NCBI GenBank assembly: GCA_963836235.1
Contig: CAWIIP010000002.1
Coordinates: 1,792,001 to 1,856,000 of the forward strand
Source: an uncultured Pseudomonadota bacterium
Lineage (GTDB): Bacteria; Oederibacteriota; Muellerivitia; Muellerivitales; Muellerivitaceae
Direction of reading: 5' to 3'
Length of the DNA stretch: 64,000 nucleotides
Made by a program: the position numbers and the translations under genes. The notes below the pieces were generated by a model. That model had not been told where the DNA came from. It saw only the letters and a list, made by a program, of their open reading frames with translations, and made no database searches. Below, piece by piece: positions 1-10,858 of this stretch; positions within the stretch are counted from its first letter, which is position 1; each line of letters starts with the position of its first letter.

Positions 1-72
1 CCACTTTTCCATAGGAAAATAACTAGGTTCGCTTTTTTTTTTCACAGAAGTTTTTCCAAAGAAGCCAAAATA

Positions 73-1005
73 TTATTTGAGTGCTTTCATCGTTTCCCGA
101 ATAAGGTCGGCGGATTTCTCCACCAGTTTACGCTCGTTGGGTTCCAGTGGAATCTCAATGATCGTTTCCAAACCTTTACGGCTGAGCTTGCAATAAACGC
201 CAAAATACATGTCCTTTAAGCCATATTCGCCTTCCAAGTAAGCGGAGCAGGGGACAATCAGCTTCTTGTCTTTAAGAATCGCTTCCACCATGGAACCGGC
301 GGCGGCTCCCGGAGCGTACCAGGCCGAAACTCCCAGTAAGTTCACCAGTTCACCGCCCCCTTTACGGGTGCGGTCGACGATGGCGTCCACCTGTTCGGGT
401 TTCAGGATACTGGAAATGGGAACCCCAGCGATGGTGGAGTAGCGCACGAGGGGAACCATCTCATCCCCGTGGCCTCCGATGACGGCGGCATGGACGTTTT
501 CAACGGCGACATCGGTGGCCATGGCCAAGAAGGTCCTCATCCGGCCCGAATCCAATACGCCCGCTTGGCCGATGACGCGATGCTTGGGCAATCCAGCGGC
601 CTTATAGGCTACATAGCACATGGTGTCCAAGGGATTCGTTACCACGATCAAAATCGTGTTGGGGGAAGAGGCCACCAGTTTCTTGGCGACATCGGCCACG
701 ATGCCCTGGTTGATGGCGACCAAATCCTCCCGGCTCATGCCGGGCTTGCGGGGTACGCCCGCGGTGATGACGCAAATATCCGAGTTGGCTGTGTCGGCGT
801 AATCGGTGGTGCCAGTCAGATGGGAGTTATAGCCTGATATAGGCCCGACTTGCTGCATGTCCAAGGCTTTGCCCTTCGGCATGTCTTTAGTGGCCGGGAT
901 ATCCAGGAGGACGATGTCCCCGAGATCCCTTTCCGCCATCCAGGCGGCGCAAGAAGCGCCGACATTACCGGCTCCGACCACGGTGATTTTGGGACGATTG
1001 GACAT
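73..1005 (-). CDS. mdh: Malate dehydrogenase (LDH-like NAD-dependent)
   Basis: GAGNVG Rossmann motif, TAGVPRKPGMSREDL, VIGGHGD, SAWYAP. Confidence 0.95.
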   Translation of the reverse strand: MSNRPKITVVGAGNVGASCAAWMAERDLGDIVLLDIPATKDMPKGKALDMQQVGPISGYNSHLTGTTDYADTANSDICVITAGVPRKPGMSREDLVAINQGIVADVAKKLVASSPNTILIVVTNPLDTMCYVAYKAAGLPKHRVIGQAGVLDSGRMRTFLAMATDVAVENVHAAVIGGHGDEMVPLVRYSTIAGVPISSILKPEQVDAIVDRTRKGGGELVNLLGVSAWYAPGAAAGSMVEAILKDKKLIVPCSAYLEGEYGLKDMYFGVYCKLSRKGLETIIEIPLEPNERKLVEKSADLIRETMKALK

Positions 1006-1198
1006 AAGGCCTCCTTCAATGAAAGGGAATGGAATCCGCCAAAAATGAAGCTGTAGTCTAGCGAAAGGCTTCTTGCCTGTCTATGATGCGCGGCAGGTTG
1101 CCAATGTCATTTGGATTTCCTGGGTTTACTTGACATATATGAATGGCACCATTAGGTTGGGTCCGCGGTTGGATTTGAAAATTCGGTGAGGTATTTTG

Positions 1199-1741
1199 AT
1201 GGGCGAAACGGAAAAGCGAAAAGGTTTCACGGTCTGGTTTACCGGCCTTTCGGGGTCGGGCAAGTCCACCATCGCCGAAAGGGTGGCCTTGAAGCTCGAA
1301 CGCCGGGGTCTGCCGGTGGAAATTTTGGATGGGGATGTGGTGCGCACCCATCTATCCAAAGGGCTGGGCTTCTCCCACGAGGACAGGGACGAAAACATCA
1401 AACGGGTCGGCTTCGTATGCCAACTTTTGACCCGAAACGGCGTGGCCGCCATCGCTTCCGTGATTTCGCCTTACCGGGAAGCCCGGGACCATAACCGGCA
1501 AAAAATCAGGAATTTCGTGGAAGTCTATACCCGCTGCCCCATCGAAATTTGCGCGGAAAGGGATTTAAAGGGGCTTTATCAAAAAGCGCAGGCTGGGGAG
1601 ATTAAGGGGTTTACCGGCGTGGACGATCCTTATGAACCACCCTTGAACCCTGAAGTGGTTTGCAAGACCGATACCGAATCTATTGAGGAAAGTGTCGACA
1701 AGGTCATCCAAAAACTCGAAGAACTGGGTTACCTCGTTTAA
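1199..1741 (+). CDS. cysC: Adenylyl-sulfate kinase
   Basis: [13 protein letters not shown]-loop, [16 protein letters not shown]; GAGG RBS upstream. Confidence 0.95.
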   Translation: MGETEKRKGFTVWFTGLSGSGKSTIAERVALKLERRGLPVEILDGDVVRTHLSKGLGFSHEDRDENIKRVGFVCQLLTRNGVAAIASVISPYREARDHNRQKIRNFVEVYTRCPIEICAERDLKGLYQKAQAGEIKGFTGVDDPYEPPLNPEVVCKTDTESIEESVDKVIQKLEELGYLV

Positions 1742-4018
1742 ATGCCAGGCTTTCCCCGTGAAGCATCTTCCTCCGGAACATTTTCTTCCTTTAAAACCAA
1801 TCCTTGGATCGTCCCGGCTTTCTTAGCCCTGGCAACGGCGGTGGTTTTTTGGCCATTCCTATTGCCCGGAAACAGCCAAATGCTATCCAAGGGGACCGAA
1901 GACCTTGCCACCCAATATGCCTGGTGGCGGAAGTTTGGATTCGGGGAACTGGCCAAAGGCCACCTGGCCCTTTGGGACAACCATCTTTTTTGCGGCATGC
2001 CTTTTTTTGGAAACCTCCAACCCGCCCTTTTATATCCCCTCAACTGGCCCTTTATGTTCCTGCCCCTGCTCTTCGCTGTTAATTCTTTCATCGCGCTACA
2101 CACTTTTTTAATGGGGTTCTTTACTTATCTATGGATATTGGGAAGGGGGTCCCGGGTGCCCTCCGCCCTTCTGGCGGCTTTCATGGCTATGTTCGGAGCC
2201 GCTTTCTTTCTGCGCATCGTGCCGGGCCATTTGATCAATATCGGGTCTATGCCATGGATCCCCTTTCTTTTACTTTGCGTGGATTCCTACCGGCTTTGGG
2301 GCAAGGTCCGCTGGGTGGTCGGCGGGATTTTCGCTTTCGCCATGCTGATTTTTTCCGGCCAGTTCCAAATCTACTATTACACCGCTCTTTTCACGGGTGC
2401 CTATGTCCTATTGACACTTCCACGAACAAAAGAGGCGGTCCGCTTTTTGAGGGGTTTTTTTCTTATGGGCTTGGGGGGACTCACCCTTGGGGCAGTTCAA
2501 GTGTTGGCGGCCTGGGACGCCGCCAGGGAAAGCCTGCGGGGGCAAGGAATGCCTTTGGATATCGCCGATATCGCGGACATCACTCCGGAGCGGCTTTGGT
2601 GTTTTTTAATGCCCAATTTTTTTGGGGAATGGAAGGACTATTGGGGTGGCGGCATCTATTGGGAGGGGGCCACTTATGTGAGCCTGACGGCTTTTGTTCT
2701 GGCGCTTTTCACCCTCAAGGTTTCGCGCCGCCCGCAAAAATTTTTTTTTGGTTGGGCGGCTTTGTTCCTCGTGCTCTTAGCCATTGGAAAAAGGGGGCCG
2801 TTTTTCATCCTGTTTTATAAATACTTCCCCTTCTTCAGCCACTTTCGGGGTATCGGTAAAGTCGATATCTTGATCACCCTTTGTTTCGCGGCCTTGGCCG
2901 CCATGGGCCTGGACGAAATCCTAGAGAATCCACAGTCATTGTTAGTCTTAGGCCGGGGACTCAGAACCGCCCTTTGGGTTTCGGGAACACTGGGGCTTGT
3001 CTTTGTCTTTCTCGCGTGGTTTCAAAGCAAACTTTATCTTAGATTCGCTTCCCACTGGGTTTCCATGGAGGTGAGCCTCCTTGTTTGCTTCCTCTTGCTG
3101 GTTCTTTTGTATTGGCTTTCGGATAAGGCACGGCAATGGCCCATCCTCCGCTATGGTTTTTTGGGTTTAGCTTTTATAGAACTTTTGGTTTTCGCCATGG
3201 AGAACAGGCCTTCTTTCGACTTTTCAGTTCTCGCCTCAAAAGTCTCAAAAATCCATCAGGTTTACCAAGAAGATCCGGGAGATTACCGCGTATTGGCCAA
3301 TTCGGACAATTACGCCCTGGGAGCGGATGGGCTGGACGTTTGGGGATACGATACAAGCGTTCCATCCCGCTACGCACATTTCCTGGCGCTGGCCCAGGAT
3401 TGCGATCCTAAAGTGGATTTTTTCATGAAATTCGACTTGGTCCGGTTTCCTCCAGTGCTGGGGCTGCTCCGGTTGCGTTATGTTTTTCGAAACGCGGGGG
3501 ATAGTTGGGATATCCAGCGCCTGCATTTGAAAGAGGCCCCCCGGATTTTCGCGACCAACCAATGGGAGATTTTGCCGGAAGCGGAGAGTTTAAAAAGAGT
3601 GATGCGAGCGGATTTCGACCCGCAACAGGAGGTTTTCCTGGAAACGGATCTCGGGACTTCCCGGGCCACGGGGACACTCGTGAGCCAAGTGTCATTGAAG
3701 GATATCAACAGCGATGAGATTCTCATTCACGTCAAGGTTTCCAAGCCGGCGGTGCTGGTTCTCGCGGATAATTATAGCCAAGGATGGAAAGCCGAGTCTT
3801 ATCCTGATCCGAGCCAGGAAACTTATCGGGTTCTTCCCGCCGACGGTTTTTTAAGGGCCGTTCCACTGACGGCGGGGGAGCATCATATTCGGATGTTTTA
3901 CAGGCCGGCGGCTTTCGTCATCGGCAAATGGATTTCGACCACCGCTTGGCTGGCTTTCGCGGGGTTCTTATTTTGGAAAAGAAAAATAATTTTCGAGAAG
4001 AATCTTGAACCCAGGTGA
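1742..4018 (+). CDS. YfhO-like polytopic membrane protein (GT-C glycosyltransferase-like)
   Basis: LALWDNHLFCGMPF..LLYP N-terminal motif, many TM segments, C-terminal NYSQGW..RAVPLTAGEHHI..YRP. Confidence 0.8.
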   Translation: MPGFPREASSSGTFSSFKTNPWIVPAFLALATAVVFWPFLLPGNSQMLSKGTEDLATQYAWWRKFGFGELAKGHLALWDNHLFCGMPFFGNLQPALLYPLNWPFMFLPLLFAVNSFIALHTFLMGFFTYLWILGRGSRVPSALLAAFMAMFGAAFFLRIVPGHLINIGSMPWIPFLLLCVDSYRLWGKVRWVVGGIFAFAMLIFSGQFQIYYYTALFTGAYVLLTLPRTKEAVRFLRGFFLMGLGGLTLGAVQVLAAWDAARESLRGQGMPLDIADIADITPERLWCFLMPNFFGEWKDYWGGGIYWEGATYVSLTAFVLALFTLKVSRRPQKFFFGWAALFLVLLAIGKRGPFFILFYKYFPFFSHFRGIGKVDILITLCFAALAAMGLDEILENPQSLLVLGRGLRTALWVSGTLGLVFVFLAWFQSKLYLRFASHWVSMEVSLLVCFLLLVLLYWLSDKARQWPILRYGFLGLAFIELLVFAMENRPSFDFSVLASKVSKIHQVYQEDPGDYRVLANSDNYALGADGLDVWGYDTSVPSRYAHFLALAQDCDPKVDFFMKFDLVRFPPVLGLLRLRYVFRNAGDSWDIQRLHLKEAPRIFATNQWEILPEAESLKRVMRADFDPQQEVFLETDLGTSRATGTLVSQVSLKDINSDEILIHVKVSKPAVLVLADNYSQGWKAESYPDPSQETYRVLPADGFLRAVPLTAGEHHIRMFYRPAAFVIGKWISTTAWLAFAGFLFWKRKIIFEKNLEPR

Positions 4019-6260
4019 AATTTTAACCCGGACTCAAAGAACCGGCAGTCGGCTTTTCCAATCACCTTGGGTTTTCCCGGGCTTATTACTGGCTTCCACC
4101 TTGGCAGTCTTTTGGAGTTTCCTGTCCCCTAAGACCTCAAAAGTCCTGTCCCTCCCCGATGGGGATTTGAGCAGTATCTTGATTTGGTGGTACCAGTTCG
4201 GTTTCGGGGAGCTTCAAAAAGGCCATCTGGCGCTTTGGAATCCTTATCTTTGCGGTGGAGTTCCTTTTTTCGGTGAATTTCAATCGGCGCTTCTTTATCC
4301 CCCGAATTGGCTGCTCATGGTTTTGCCTCTCCCCTTCGCGTTAAATCTCAATTTCGCGCTTCATGTTTTTCTATCTGGGTGGTTCACCTTCCTTTGGGTG
4401 CGTTGGAGGGGGTCAAATCCCGCTTCCGCTTTAGCCGCGGCTTTTGGCTTCATGTTTGGGGGAGCTACCTTCCTTCATTTGGTGCCGGGGCATTTGCCCA
4501 ATCTCGAAGCGATGGCCTGGATTCCACTAGTCTTTTTGGCGCTTGACGGGTGTTTAGACGGGGTGGAAAAAAAATGGATTCTTTTAGGCATGTTCGCCCT
4601 TTCCATGCAAATCTTGTCGGGCCACATCCAATACTGCTATTACACCGTTTTCACCGCGAGTCTCTACGCGTTTTTAAACCTCCCCTGGGTTCGAGAAAAA
4701 AGAAGTTTTTTTGCGGGATGGACGGCTATGGGAATCGGAGCGGGATTGTTGACCGCGATACAGCTTTTAGCGGGGTGGGAAGCCGCGGGAGAAAGCATTC
4801 GGACCCGGCACCTCTCCATGGACTTCCTCAACATCGCTTCTCTTACGCCCGAAAGGCTTTGGTGCCTCTTGATGCCAAATTTTTTCGGGGGCTGGAGGGA
4901 TTATTGGGGCGGAAGTTTTTATTGGGAAGGGGTGATTTTCATCAGCGTAACCGCCTTCCTGATGGCCCTTTTCGCCTTGAAGGTTTCCCCCCATCCCCAG
5001 AAGAAAATCTTCGCGGGGCTCGCCTTATTCCTAGTTTCCCTGGCCATCGGTACCCGGCTGCCGCTTTTCGCTTTTTTCTGTAAGTGGGTACCCTTGTTTG
5101 GGGATTTTCGGGGGGTCGGAAAGTTCAACGTCTTGATCACCTTGTGTCTGTTGGTCTTGGCCTCCTTGGGTATGGATGAGATTTTCAACAATCCCCAAAG
5201 CTTGAGGGGATTTGGGCGCCTGGCCGGATGGATAAGCGGGATATCCCTTTTGGCGGCAGGTCTTTTCTTCGCGACACCCCGTTTTGGAGGGGCCTGGTTG
5301 TTCCGGCAATACCTAACTTACGCTGATTCCATGGCCCTCCATCTTTTGCTTTGTGGTGCCTTATCAGCGGGACTAGCGTTATTGGCGCGGGTGAGCCAAG
5401 GAAAGCCGGCGTTACAGTGGCTGTTCATGGTAGCGGTCTTCCTAGAACTTTTCTTTTTCGCCAAGGACAATTTGCCGTTTTTTGATTTTAAGGCGGCAAC
5501 CGCGAAGGCCACGGAAATTCAAGATATCTACACCAAGGACCCGGGCGAATACCGGATTTCAACCCCCATACCCGATAGAACATTGGGGGCCCGTGGATGG
5601 GACATCTGGGGGGAAGACCCTGTTAACAGTTCCCGTTACGCGCGGTTTCTCTGCGCAACCCAGGGTTTGGATGTCAACAAAGATGCCCTCCTCATTCCAT
5701 TTTTCCATCAATGGCCGTCCACGCTGGGTTTGCTGAGATTGCGATATGTTCTCAAGGAAGAACCGGGCCGGGAGATATTGGAAAAGACTGGATTCCGGGA
5801 GCCGCCACGGTTTTTTTTAACCGACCATTTTGAGGTGTTGAAACCGGATGAAGTTCTTAGCCAAACCCTCGATCCAGGGTTTGATCCGATGAAAGAAGTA
5901 CTTTTGGAATCGGAACCCGGAATTACACCGGGGACGGGAGTGGGCGATAACCGAGTTTCGTTGAAAGATATTTCCAGCGATAAAATCGAAATCGAGGCGA
6001 ACATTTCCAGGCCGACTCTTTTAGTGGTCACGGATAACTATAGCCAAGGATGGAAGATCGAACCGATTTCCATGGATAGCCAGGGCCAATATCAAGTTAT
6101 GCCCGCCAATGGTTTTCAAAGGGCGACGCCCCTTTCAACGGGCCAGCATCATTTTTACATGGAATACCGCCCCGGACTTTTTAATTTTGGCAAATGGATT
6201 TCCATTTTTTCTTGGATTTGTTTTTTTGCCCTTTTCGTCCTGAAAAGGCGAAGCCTATAA
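4005..6260 (+). CDS. YfhO-like polytopic membrane protein, tandem paralog
   Basis: LALWNPYLCGGVPF, shares TPERLWC.LMPNFFG.W.DYWGG with the preceding ORF. Confidence 0.8.
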   Translation: MNPGEILTRTQRTGSRLFQSPWVFPGLLLASTLAVFWSFLSPKTSKVLSLPDGDLSSILIWWYQFGFGELQKGHLALWNPYLCGGVPFFGEFQSALLYPPNWLLMVLPLPFALNLNFALHVFLSGWFTFLWVRWRGSNPASALAAAFGFMFGGATFLHLVPGHLPNLEAMAWIPLVFLALDGCLDGVEKKWILLGMFALSMQILSGHIQYCYYTVFTASLYAFLNLPWVREKRSFFAGWTAMGIGAGLLTAIQLLAGWEAAGESIRTRHLSMDFLNIASLTPERLWCLLMPNFFGGWRDYWGGSFYWEGVIFISVTAFLMALFALKVSPHPQKKIFAGLALFLVSLAIGTRLPLFAFFCKWVPLFGDFRGVGKFNVLITLCLLVLASLGMDEIFNNPQSLRGFGRLAGWISGISLLAAGLFFATPRFGGAWLFRQYLTYADSMALHLLLCGALSAGLALLARVSQGKPALQWLFMVAVFLELFFFAKDNLPFFDFKAATAKATEIQDIYTKDPGEYRISTPIPDRTLGARGWDIWGEDPVNSSRYARFLCATQGLDVNKDALLIPFFHQWPSTLGLLRLRYVLKEEPGREILEKTGFREPPRFFLTDHFEVLKPDEVLSQTLDPGFDPMKEVLLESEPGITPGTGVGDNRVSLKDISSDKIEIEANISRPTLLVVTDNYSQGWKIEPISMDSQGQYQVMPANGFQRATPLSTGQHHFYMEYRPGLFNFGKWISIFSWICFFALFVLKRRSL

Positions 6261-6268
6261 TAAAAGCC

Positions 6269-6949
6269 ATGGAAGAGATCACCGCCGAACAATTCGTTGA
6301 AAATGCCAAGACCTGGAAACCCGAGGAGGATTTCAAGACCCGGGTCGATAAGCAATTGCGCGCGGCCCACGCCCCGGAGGAACTGGTCGGTGAACTGGGC
6401 CGGGCCTTTCGCCGCTGTTCCGACAGCACCTATGGTTACATCCAATACATCCACGAGCTGGCCACCACGAAGGAAATCGACCGAAAGAATTTCCTTCCCC
6501 AAGTCGCCCATTTGGTTGGACTGGTCCAGGATGTTCAGGACGCGGGACGGAATTATCGGGAGGTTTTTAAGAAATACGACGCCCTCACCCGTTCCGCCCT
6601 CACCCAGGACCAATTCGACACGGTTTATTACGACGCCATCCAGAATATCGAACTGAGGGTGCTGCTTAAGAAAATCATCGAGGAAGTAGAAATGGTTTTA
6701 CAGTCTTTCTCACTGGTAAGCGGCGATCTTTCGGGAATTCAATGCATCGACCTTTACGAAAGCAGCATCCGCTTCCAGCTTTTCCTCCAGTATTTTATGA
6801 GCAAGAAAAATTTCTCGCAGGAGGAACTCTGGTCCATTCTCTTCGATGTTTACAACCAGGTAGGGGAGATGGAAAATCTTTCAATCGAGTCTACGGCGGA
6901 ACAACTACGGGAACTCCACGAAAAAATTCAGAAATTCAAGACGAACTAA
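6269..6949 (+). CDS. Hypothetical helical protein
   Basis: Long ORF following the YfhO pair; ATG at 6269 chosen because it does not overlap the previous gene. Confidence 0.65.
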   Translation: MEEITAEQFVENAKTWKPEEDFKTRVDKQLRAAHAPEELVGELGRAFRRCSDSTYGYIQYIHELATTKEIDRKNFLPQVAHLVGLVQDVQDAGRNYREVFKKYDALTRSALTQDQFDTVYYDAIQNIELRVLLKKIIEEVEMVLQSFSLVSGDLSGIQCIDLYESSIRFQLFLQYFMSKKNFSQEELWSILFDVYNQVGEMENLSIESTAEQLRELHEKIQKFKTN

Positions 6950-7028
6950 AGACAACTTAAGTTTTTAAATGAAGTCACTGAATGCTAGTTGGGTGACAGA
7001 TCGACGGGCTAACGATTTCGTGGATGAA

Positions 7029-7961
7029 CTAGACTGGAATGGTTAAGCCTTCGTAGGCGCAGATGGTATTGGTAAAGAGGTTTTTGGCGTCCTCTTCTTT
7101 GCGTTGGATAAAAGCGTCGTCGTGGTTGGGGTCGTGGTGGTAAAGCACCAGCTGTTTCACGCCGGCTTCCTTGGCGACGAAGCAGGCCATTTCCGGGGTG
7201 GAATGCCCGTAGCCCTGGGTGGAGACGACTCCCGTATATTGTTCCATCGTGTATTGGGCGTCATGGATCAGCAGATCCGCTCCCTTGGAAAACTGAATCA
7301 GCCTTCGGTCTCCCGCGGCGTAGCTTTCAATATCGGTGGCGTAAACCACCGATTTTCCGGCGTATTGCAGCTTGTAAACCAGTGTCCCGTTCTTGGGGTG
7401 GTTGTAAGCCCGGTATTGGCTGACGATGACCTTGTCCTTGAACGTCGCCTTGAAATCCGTCTGCAAATTCACCAGTTCCGCTTCATTGCCTTCGGCCAGG
7501 AGAATCTGGTCGAAAGGCTTGAGTGTGGCGATTTTCTTGATGGAATGGGTTTCCTTCAAGTCGACCGGAAAAAACATTTGGTCCATCATCATTTCTAACA
7601 CATATTCCAGGCCGGTCTTGGAATCCACCGGTCCATAAACCGAAGGCCCGAAGATGGAAAGGGAAGAATCCCCGATGTAAAGGGGCGGGAAAAAAGGCAG
7701 TCCCATGATGTGGTCGTGATGGGTATGGGAAATCAGGATAGTCGTGGTGAGACGCTTCATCTTTTCGCGGTTGGCGAAAAAATTGCGGACCATCTGCTGT
7801 CCGGCCGCGACGATCCCGGTGCCAGCATCCAGGAAAATCGTGTGGTCCAGGACATTCACTTGAACGCAGGAGGAGTTGCCGCCGATTTTAAGCGTGGTCG
7901 GACCAGGGACGGGAATGCTTCCCCGAACCCCCCGGAACGTTATAGTGAAATCGTGCGCCAT
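7029..7961 (-). CDS. MBL-fold metallo-hydrolase (RNase Z / phosphodiesterase-like)
   Basis: GVRGSIP, DAGTG, SHTHHDH, GHST, HHDP motifs. Confidence 0.85.
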   Translation of the reverse strand: MAHDFTITFRGVRGSIPVPGPTTLKIGGNSSCVQVNVLDHTIFLDAGTGIVAAGQQMVRNFFANREKMKRLTTTILISHTHHDHIMGLPFFPPLYIGDSSLSIFGPSVYGPVDSKTGLEYVLEMMMDQMFFPVDLKETHSIKKIATLKPFDQILLAEGNEAELVNLQTDFKATFKDKVIVSQYRAYNHPKNGTLVYKLQYAGKSVVYATDIESYAAGDRRLIQFSKGADLLIHDAQYTMEQYTGVVSTQGYGHSTPEMACFVAKEAGVKQLVLYHHDPNHDDAFIQRKEEDAKNLFTNTICAYEGLTIPV

Positions 7962-8095
7962 TCAGCTCCTTTGTCGTTGAAACTAGCGGTAAAAACAGGC
8001 TTATTATTTCCAAAAAAAACCGGTTTGGCAATGGTTTCAGGACGTAAACCGGGCTAATCGGCATAAACGCCAATGGAAACCAAGAAGAACGTTGA

Positions 8096-8266
8096 TCAGG
8101 GCTCCCAAAGGGCGCGCGGTCCGCAGTTTTCGCATTCGGGAGTTTTATCCCCCGCCTTGAAGTAACGGTTCATAATCCTGTTCTCATTAGCGCAGGTCAC
8201 GCAGAGGTGCGGGCCGGTGTAAAGGAACTTCTCGCCCGGTTTTCGGGCCGAGATGTCGATGTTCAT
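8096..8266 (-). CDS. Small zinc-ribbon protein
   Basis: CVTC...CENC; start uncertain (ORF open up to 8359). Confidence 0.55.
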   Translation of the reverse strand: MNIDISARKPGEKFLYTGPHLCVTCANENRIMNRYFKAGDKTPECENCGPRALWEP

Positions 8267-8342
8267 TTTGTTTTTAGAGTTGGGATCCAGCGGCGTGCCG
8301 GACGGTAAAGTTTCCAAAATCTTCTCACTTGGTACTGGAATA

Positions 8343-8372
8343 AAAAAACCCCGCCTCAAGAAGACGGGGCTT
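8343..8372 (-). terminator. Probable intrinsic terminator after aconitase
   Basis: CCCCG..CGGGG stem with an A-run on + (U-run on -). Confidence 0.55.
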
Positions 8373-8394
8373 GGAACTCAGAAAACTTTCTTAA

Positions 8395-10398
8395 CTATTT
8401 TACTTTTTCTTTCTTAGCGGCCTTAGCTTTTCCCTTGGGAGCAGCAGCCGAGGCTTCCGCGCTTTTTTGCTTGGTCCAGTTCAGCAAGCCCCCCGCTAGG
8501 ATGATTTCCTGCTGGCGGCTGGTCAAGCCATGCACTACCTGGATGGATTTGCCCGTCGTGAGGTTCTTCACCGGAAAGGGATGATCCACCTTGATCACCT
8601 GTTTCAAGTCCGGAATCTCCAGTTTATCTCCCTGCGAAATGCCGTCGTAGTCGGCGGCCTGCACGAAGGTCAAAGGCAAAATGCCGAAGTTGACCAGGTT
8701 TGCCCGGTGGATACGGGCGAAGCTTTTCACGATGACCGCTTTCAAGCCCAGGTACATGGGCGCCAAAGCCGCATGCTCGCGGCTGGAACCCTGCCCGTAA
8801 TTGTCGCCGCCCACCACGAAGCTTTTTCCCGCTTCCTTGGCCCTTTTGGGATAGGTGGGATCAATGATGTTGAAAACGAATTCCGAAATGGCGGGGATGT
8901 TCGAGCGCAAGGGCAATACCTTGGAACCCGCGGGCATGATGTGGTCGGTCGTGATGTTGTCGGCCACCTTCAAAACGACCGGACCTTCCAACGTTTCGGC
9001 CAAGGGCTCGTTCACCGGCAGGGGCTTGATGTTTGGCCCCCGGACCACCTCGACCTTTTTGGGGTCCTTGGCGGGGGGAATAATGCCGTCGTCGTCCCAA
9101 ACGAATTTATCGGGGATCTCGATCTTGGGAGCCTTGCCCAGGGTGGTGGGGTCGGTGATCTTGCCCGTCAAAGCGCAGGCGACGCAGCTCTCGGGGGAAG
9201 CCAGATAAACCTTGGCGTCACGGGTTCCGGACCGGCCCTCGAAATTGCGGTTGAAACTGCGGATGGAAACCGCGCCGGAAGAAGGCGCTTGCCCCATGCC
9301 GATGCAGGGCCCACAAGCGGACTCGATGATGCGGGCGCCGGAGGAAATGATGTCGGCCAAGGCCCCGTTTTTCGCGATCATCTCGAAAACCTGCTTGGAA
9401 CCAGGGGTGACGGTCATGGAGACGCTGGGATGGATATGCTTGCCCTTGAGCATTTTGGCCACCATCATCAGGTCGCTGTAGGAGCTGTTGGTGCAGGAAC
9501 CCACGCAAACCTGCTGGACGTCGATATTCTTGAGCTTCGAAACCTCGATGACATTGTCCGGGCTGTGGGGCTGGGCCATCAGGGGCTCCAGCTTGTTCAA
9601 GTCGATGATGAGTTCCTCATCGTAGGCGGCGCCAGGATCGGCGGCCAGGGGGGCCCAATCCTTGGCACGGCCTTGGGCCTTCATATATTCACGGGTATTC
9701 TCGTCCGAGGGAAAGATCGAAGTGGTAGCCCCCAGTTCGGCTCCCATATTGGTAATAGTGGCCCTGGCGGTGGCCGAGAGGCTCTTGACGCCCTGGCCGG
9801 TGTATTCCAGGATTTTGCCGACACCGCCCTTGACGGTTAATTTGCGCAAAACTTCCAAAATGATGTCCTTAGCGGTGACCCAAGGCTGGAGTTTGCCTTT
9901 GAGTTCCACCCTTAAGACCTTGGGCATGGTCATATAGAAGGGACCGCCGCCCATGGCGACCGCCACATCCAAACCGCCAGCGCCGATGGCCAACTCACCC
10001 ACCCCTCCGCAGGTGGGGGTGTGGGAATCGGAACCCAGGAGGGTCTGGCCGGGGATGGCAAATCGTTCCAGGTGGACTTGGTGGCAAATGCCGTTGCCGG
10101 GACGGGAGAAGTAAATGCCGTGCTTGGCGGCCACGGATTGAAGATAGCGATGGTCGTCCGCGTTCTCAAAACCGGTCTGAAGCATATTGTGGTCGACGTA
10201 GGAAACGGAAAGCTTGGTGTGAACCTGGGGAACGCCGATAGCCTCAAACTGCAGGTAAGCCATGGTGCCGGTGGCGTCTTGGGTGAGGGTTTGGTCGATC
10301 CTGATGCCCACTTCCTCCCCGGCGACGGGATTGCCCGAAACCAAATGGACGTTGATGATCTTTTGAACCAGGTTAAACCGCTTGTCGTTTGTCGCCAT
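8395..10398 (-). CDS. Aconitate hydratase
   Basis: DSHT, GSCTN, CGPCIG Fe-S cysteines, NRNFEGR, TTDHI, GQGSSREHA; GGAGG RBS before MATNDK. Confidence 0.93.
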   Translation of the reverse strand: MATNDKRFNLVQKIINVHLVSGNPVAGEEVGIRIDQTLTQDATGTMAYLQFEAIGVPQVHTKLSVSYVDHNMLQTGFENADDHRYLQSVAAKHGIYFSRPGNGICHQVHLERFAIPGQTLLGSDSHTPTCGGVGELAIGAGGLDVAVAMGGGPFYMTMPKVLRVELKGKLQPWVTAKDIILEVLRKLTVKGGVGKILEYTGQGVKSLSATARATITNMGAELGATTSIFPSDENTREYMKAQGRAKDWAPLAADPGAAYDEELIIDLNKLEPLMAQPHSPDNVIEVSKLKNIDVQQVCVGSCTNSSYSDLMMVAKMLKGKHIHPSVSMTVTPGSKQVFEMIAKNGALADIISSGARIIESACGPCIGMGQAPSSGAVSIRSFNRNFEGRSGTRDAKVYLASPESCVACALTGKITDPTTLGKAPKIEIPDKFVWDDDGIIPPAKDPKKVEVVRGPNIKPLPVNEPLAETLEGPVVLKVADNITTDHIMPAGSKVLPLRSNIPAISEFVFNIIDPTYPKRAKEAGKSFVVGGDNYGQGSSREHAALAPMYLGLKAVIVKSFARIHRANLVNFGILPLTFVQAADYDGISQGDKLEIPDLKQVIKVDHPFPVKNLTTGKSIQVVHGLTSRQQEIILAGGLLNWTKQKSAEASAAAPKGKAKAAKKEKVK

Positions 10399-10648
10399 GA
10401 ATGCCTCCAAATAGGTATATATAATGAATAAGGATGAACCGCCCGTTTTTTTGAGGGGCCCATTATGGGTCGGGGCCGCCGCCCAATTCAACCCTATAAA
10501 GGTTACGTCAAGTTAACGGTGAAACCAAACGAGTTTGCCTCTTCTTTTGCGTTGAAACCAGGATTTAGAGCCTCTCACCCCGATAAAAACAGAAGGGTCC
10601 TTTAAATTTAATGAAGGGATGTTTAATTTATAGAAAGAAAGGGAAGAT

Positions 10649-10858
10649 ATGTTGGCGGCGACCTTAAAAATTGAAGGCATGACCTGCGACCATTGCGTTC
10701 ATTCAGTTCAACAAGCCTTGTCCTCTCTTCCGGGGGTGATAAGGGCGCGGGTGAGCCTGGCCCAAAAAGAGGCCCTGGTGGAATCCGAAGGCCCCTTGGA
10801 CTTATCCGCGGCGATAAAAGCCGTTGAAGAAGAAGGTTATCAAGCGCATGTCCCTTGA
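10649..10858 (+). CDS. copZ: Heavy-metal (Cu) chaperone, HMA domain
   Basis: GMTCDHC motif, 69 aa, adjacent to P1B ATPase. Confidence 0.88.
   Translation: MLAATLKIEGMTCDHCVHSVQQALSSLPGVIRARVSLAQKEALVESEGPLDLSAAIKAVEEEGYQAHVP

Noticed and set aside
8530-9840. Long antisense ORFs (also 14326-15561, 17877-19040, 26054-27247, 45000-46352, 46709-47623)
   Set aside because: Shadows of well-supported genes on the opposite strand, expected with GC-rich codon usage; no motifs.
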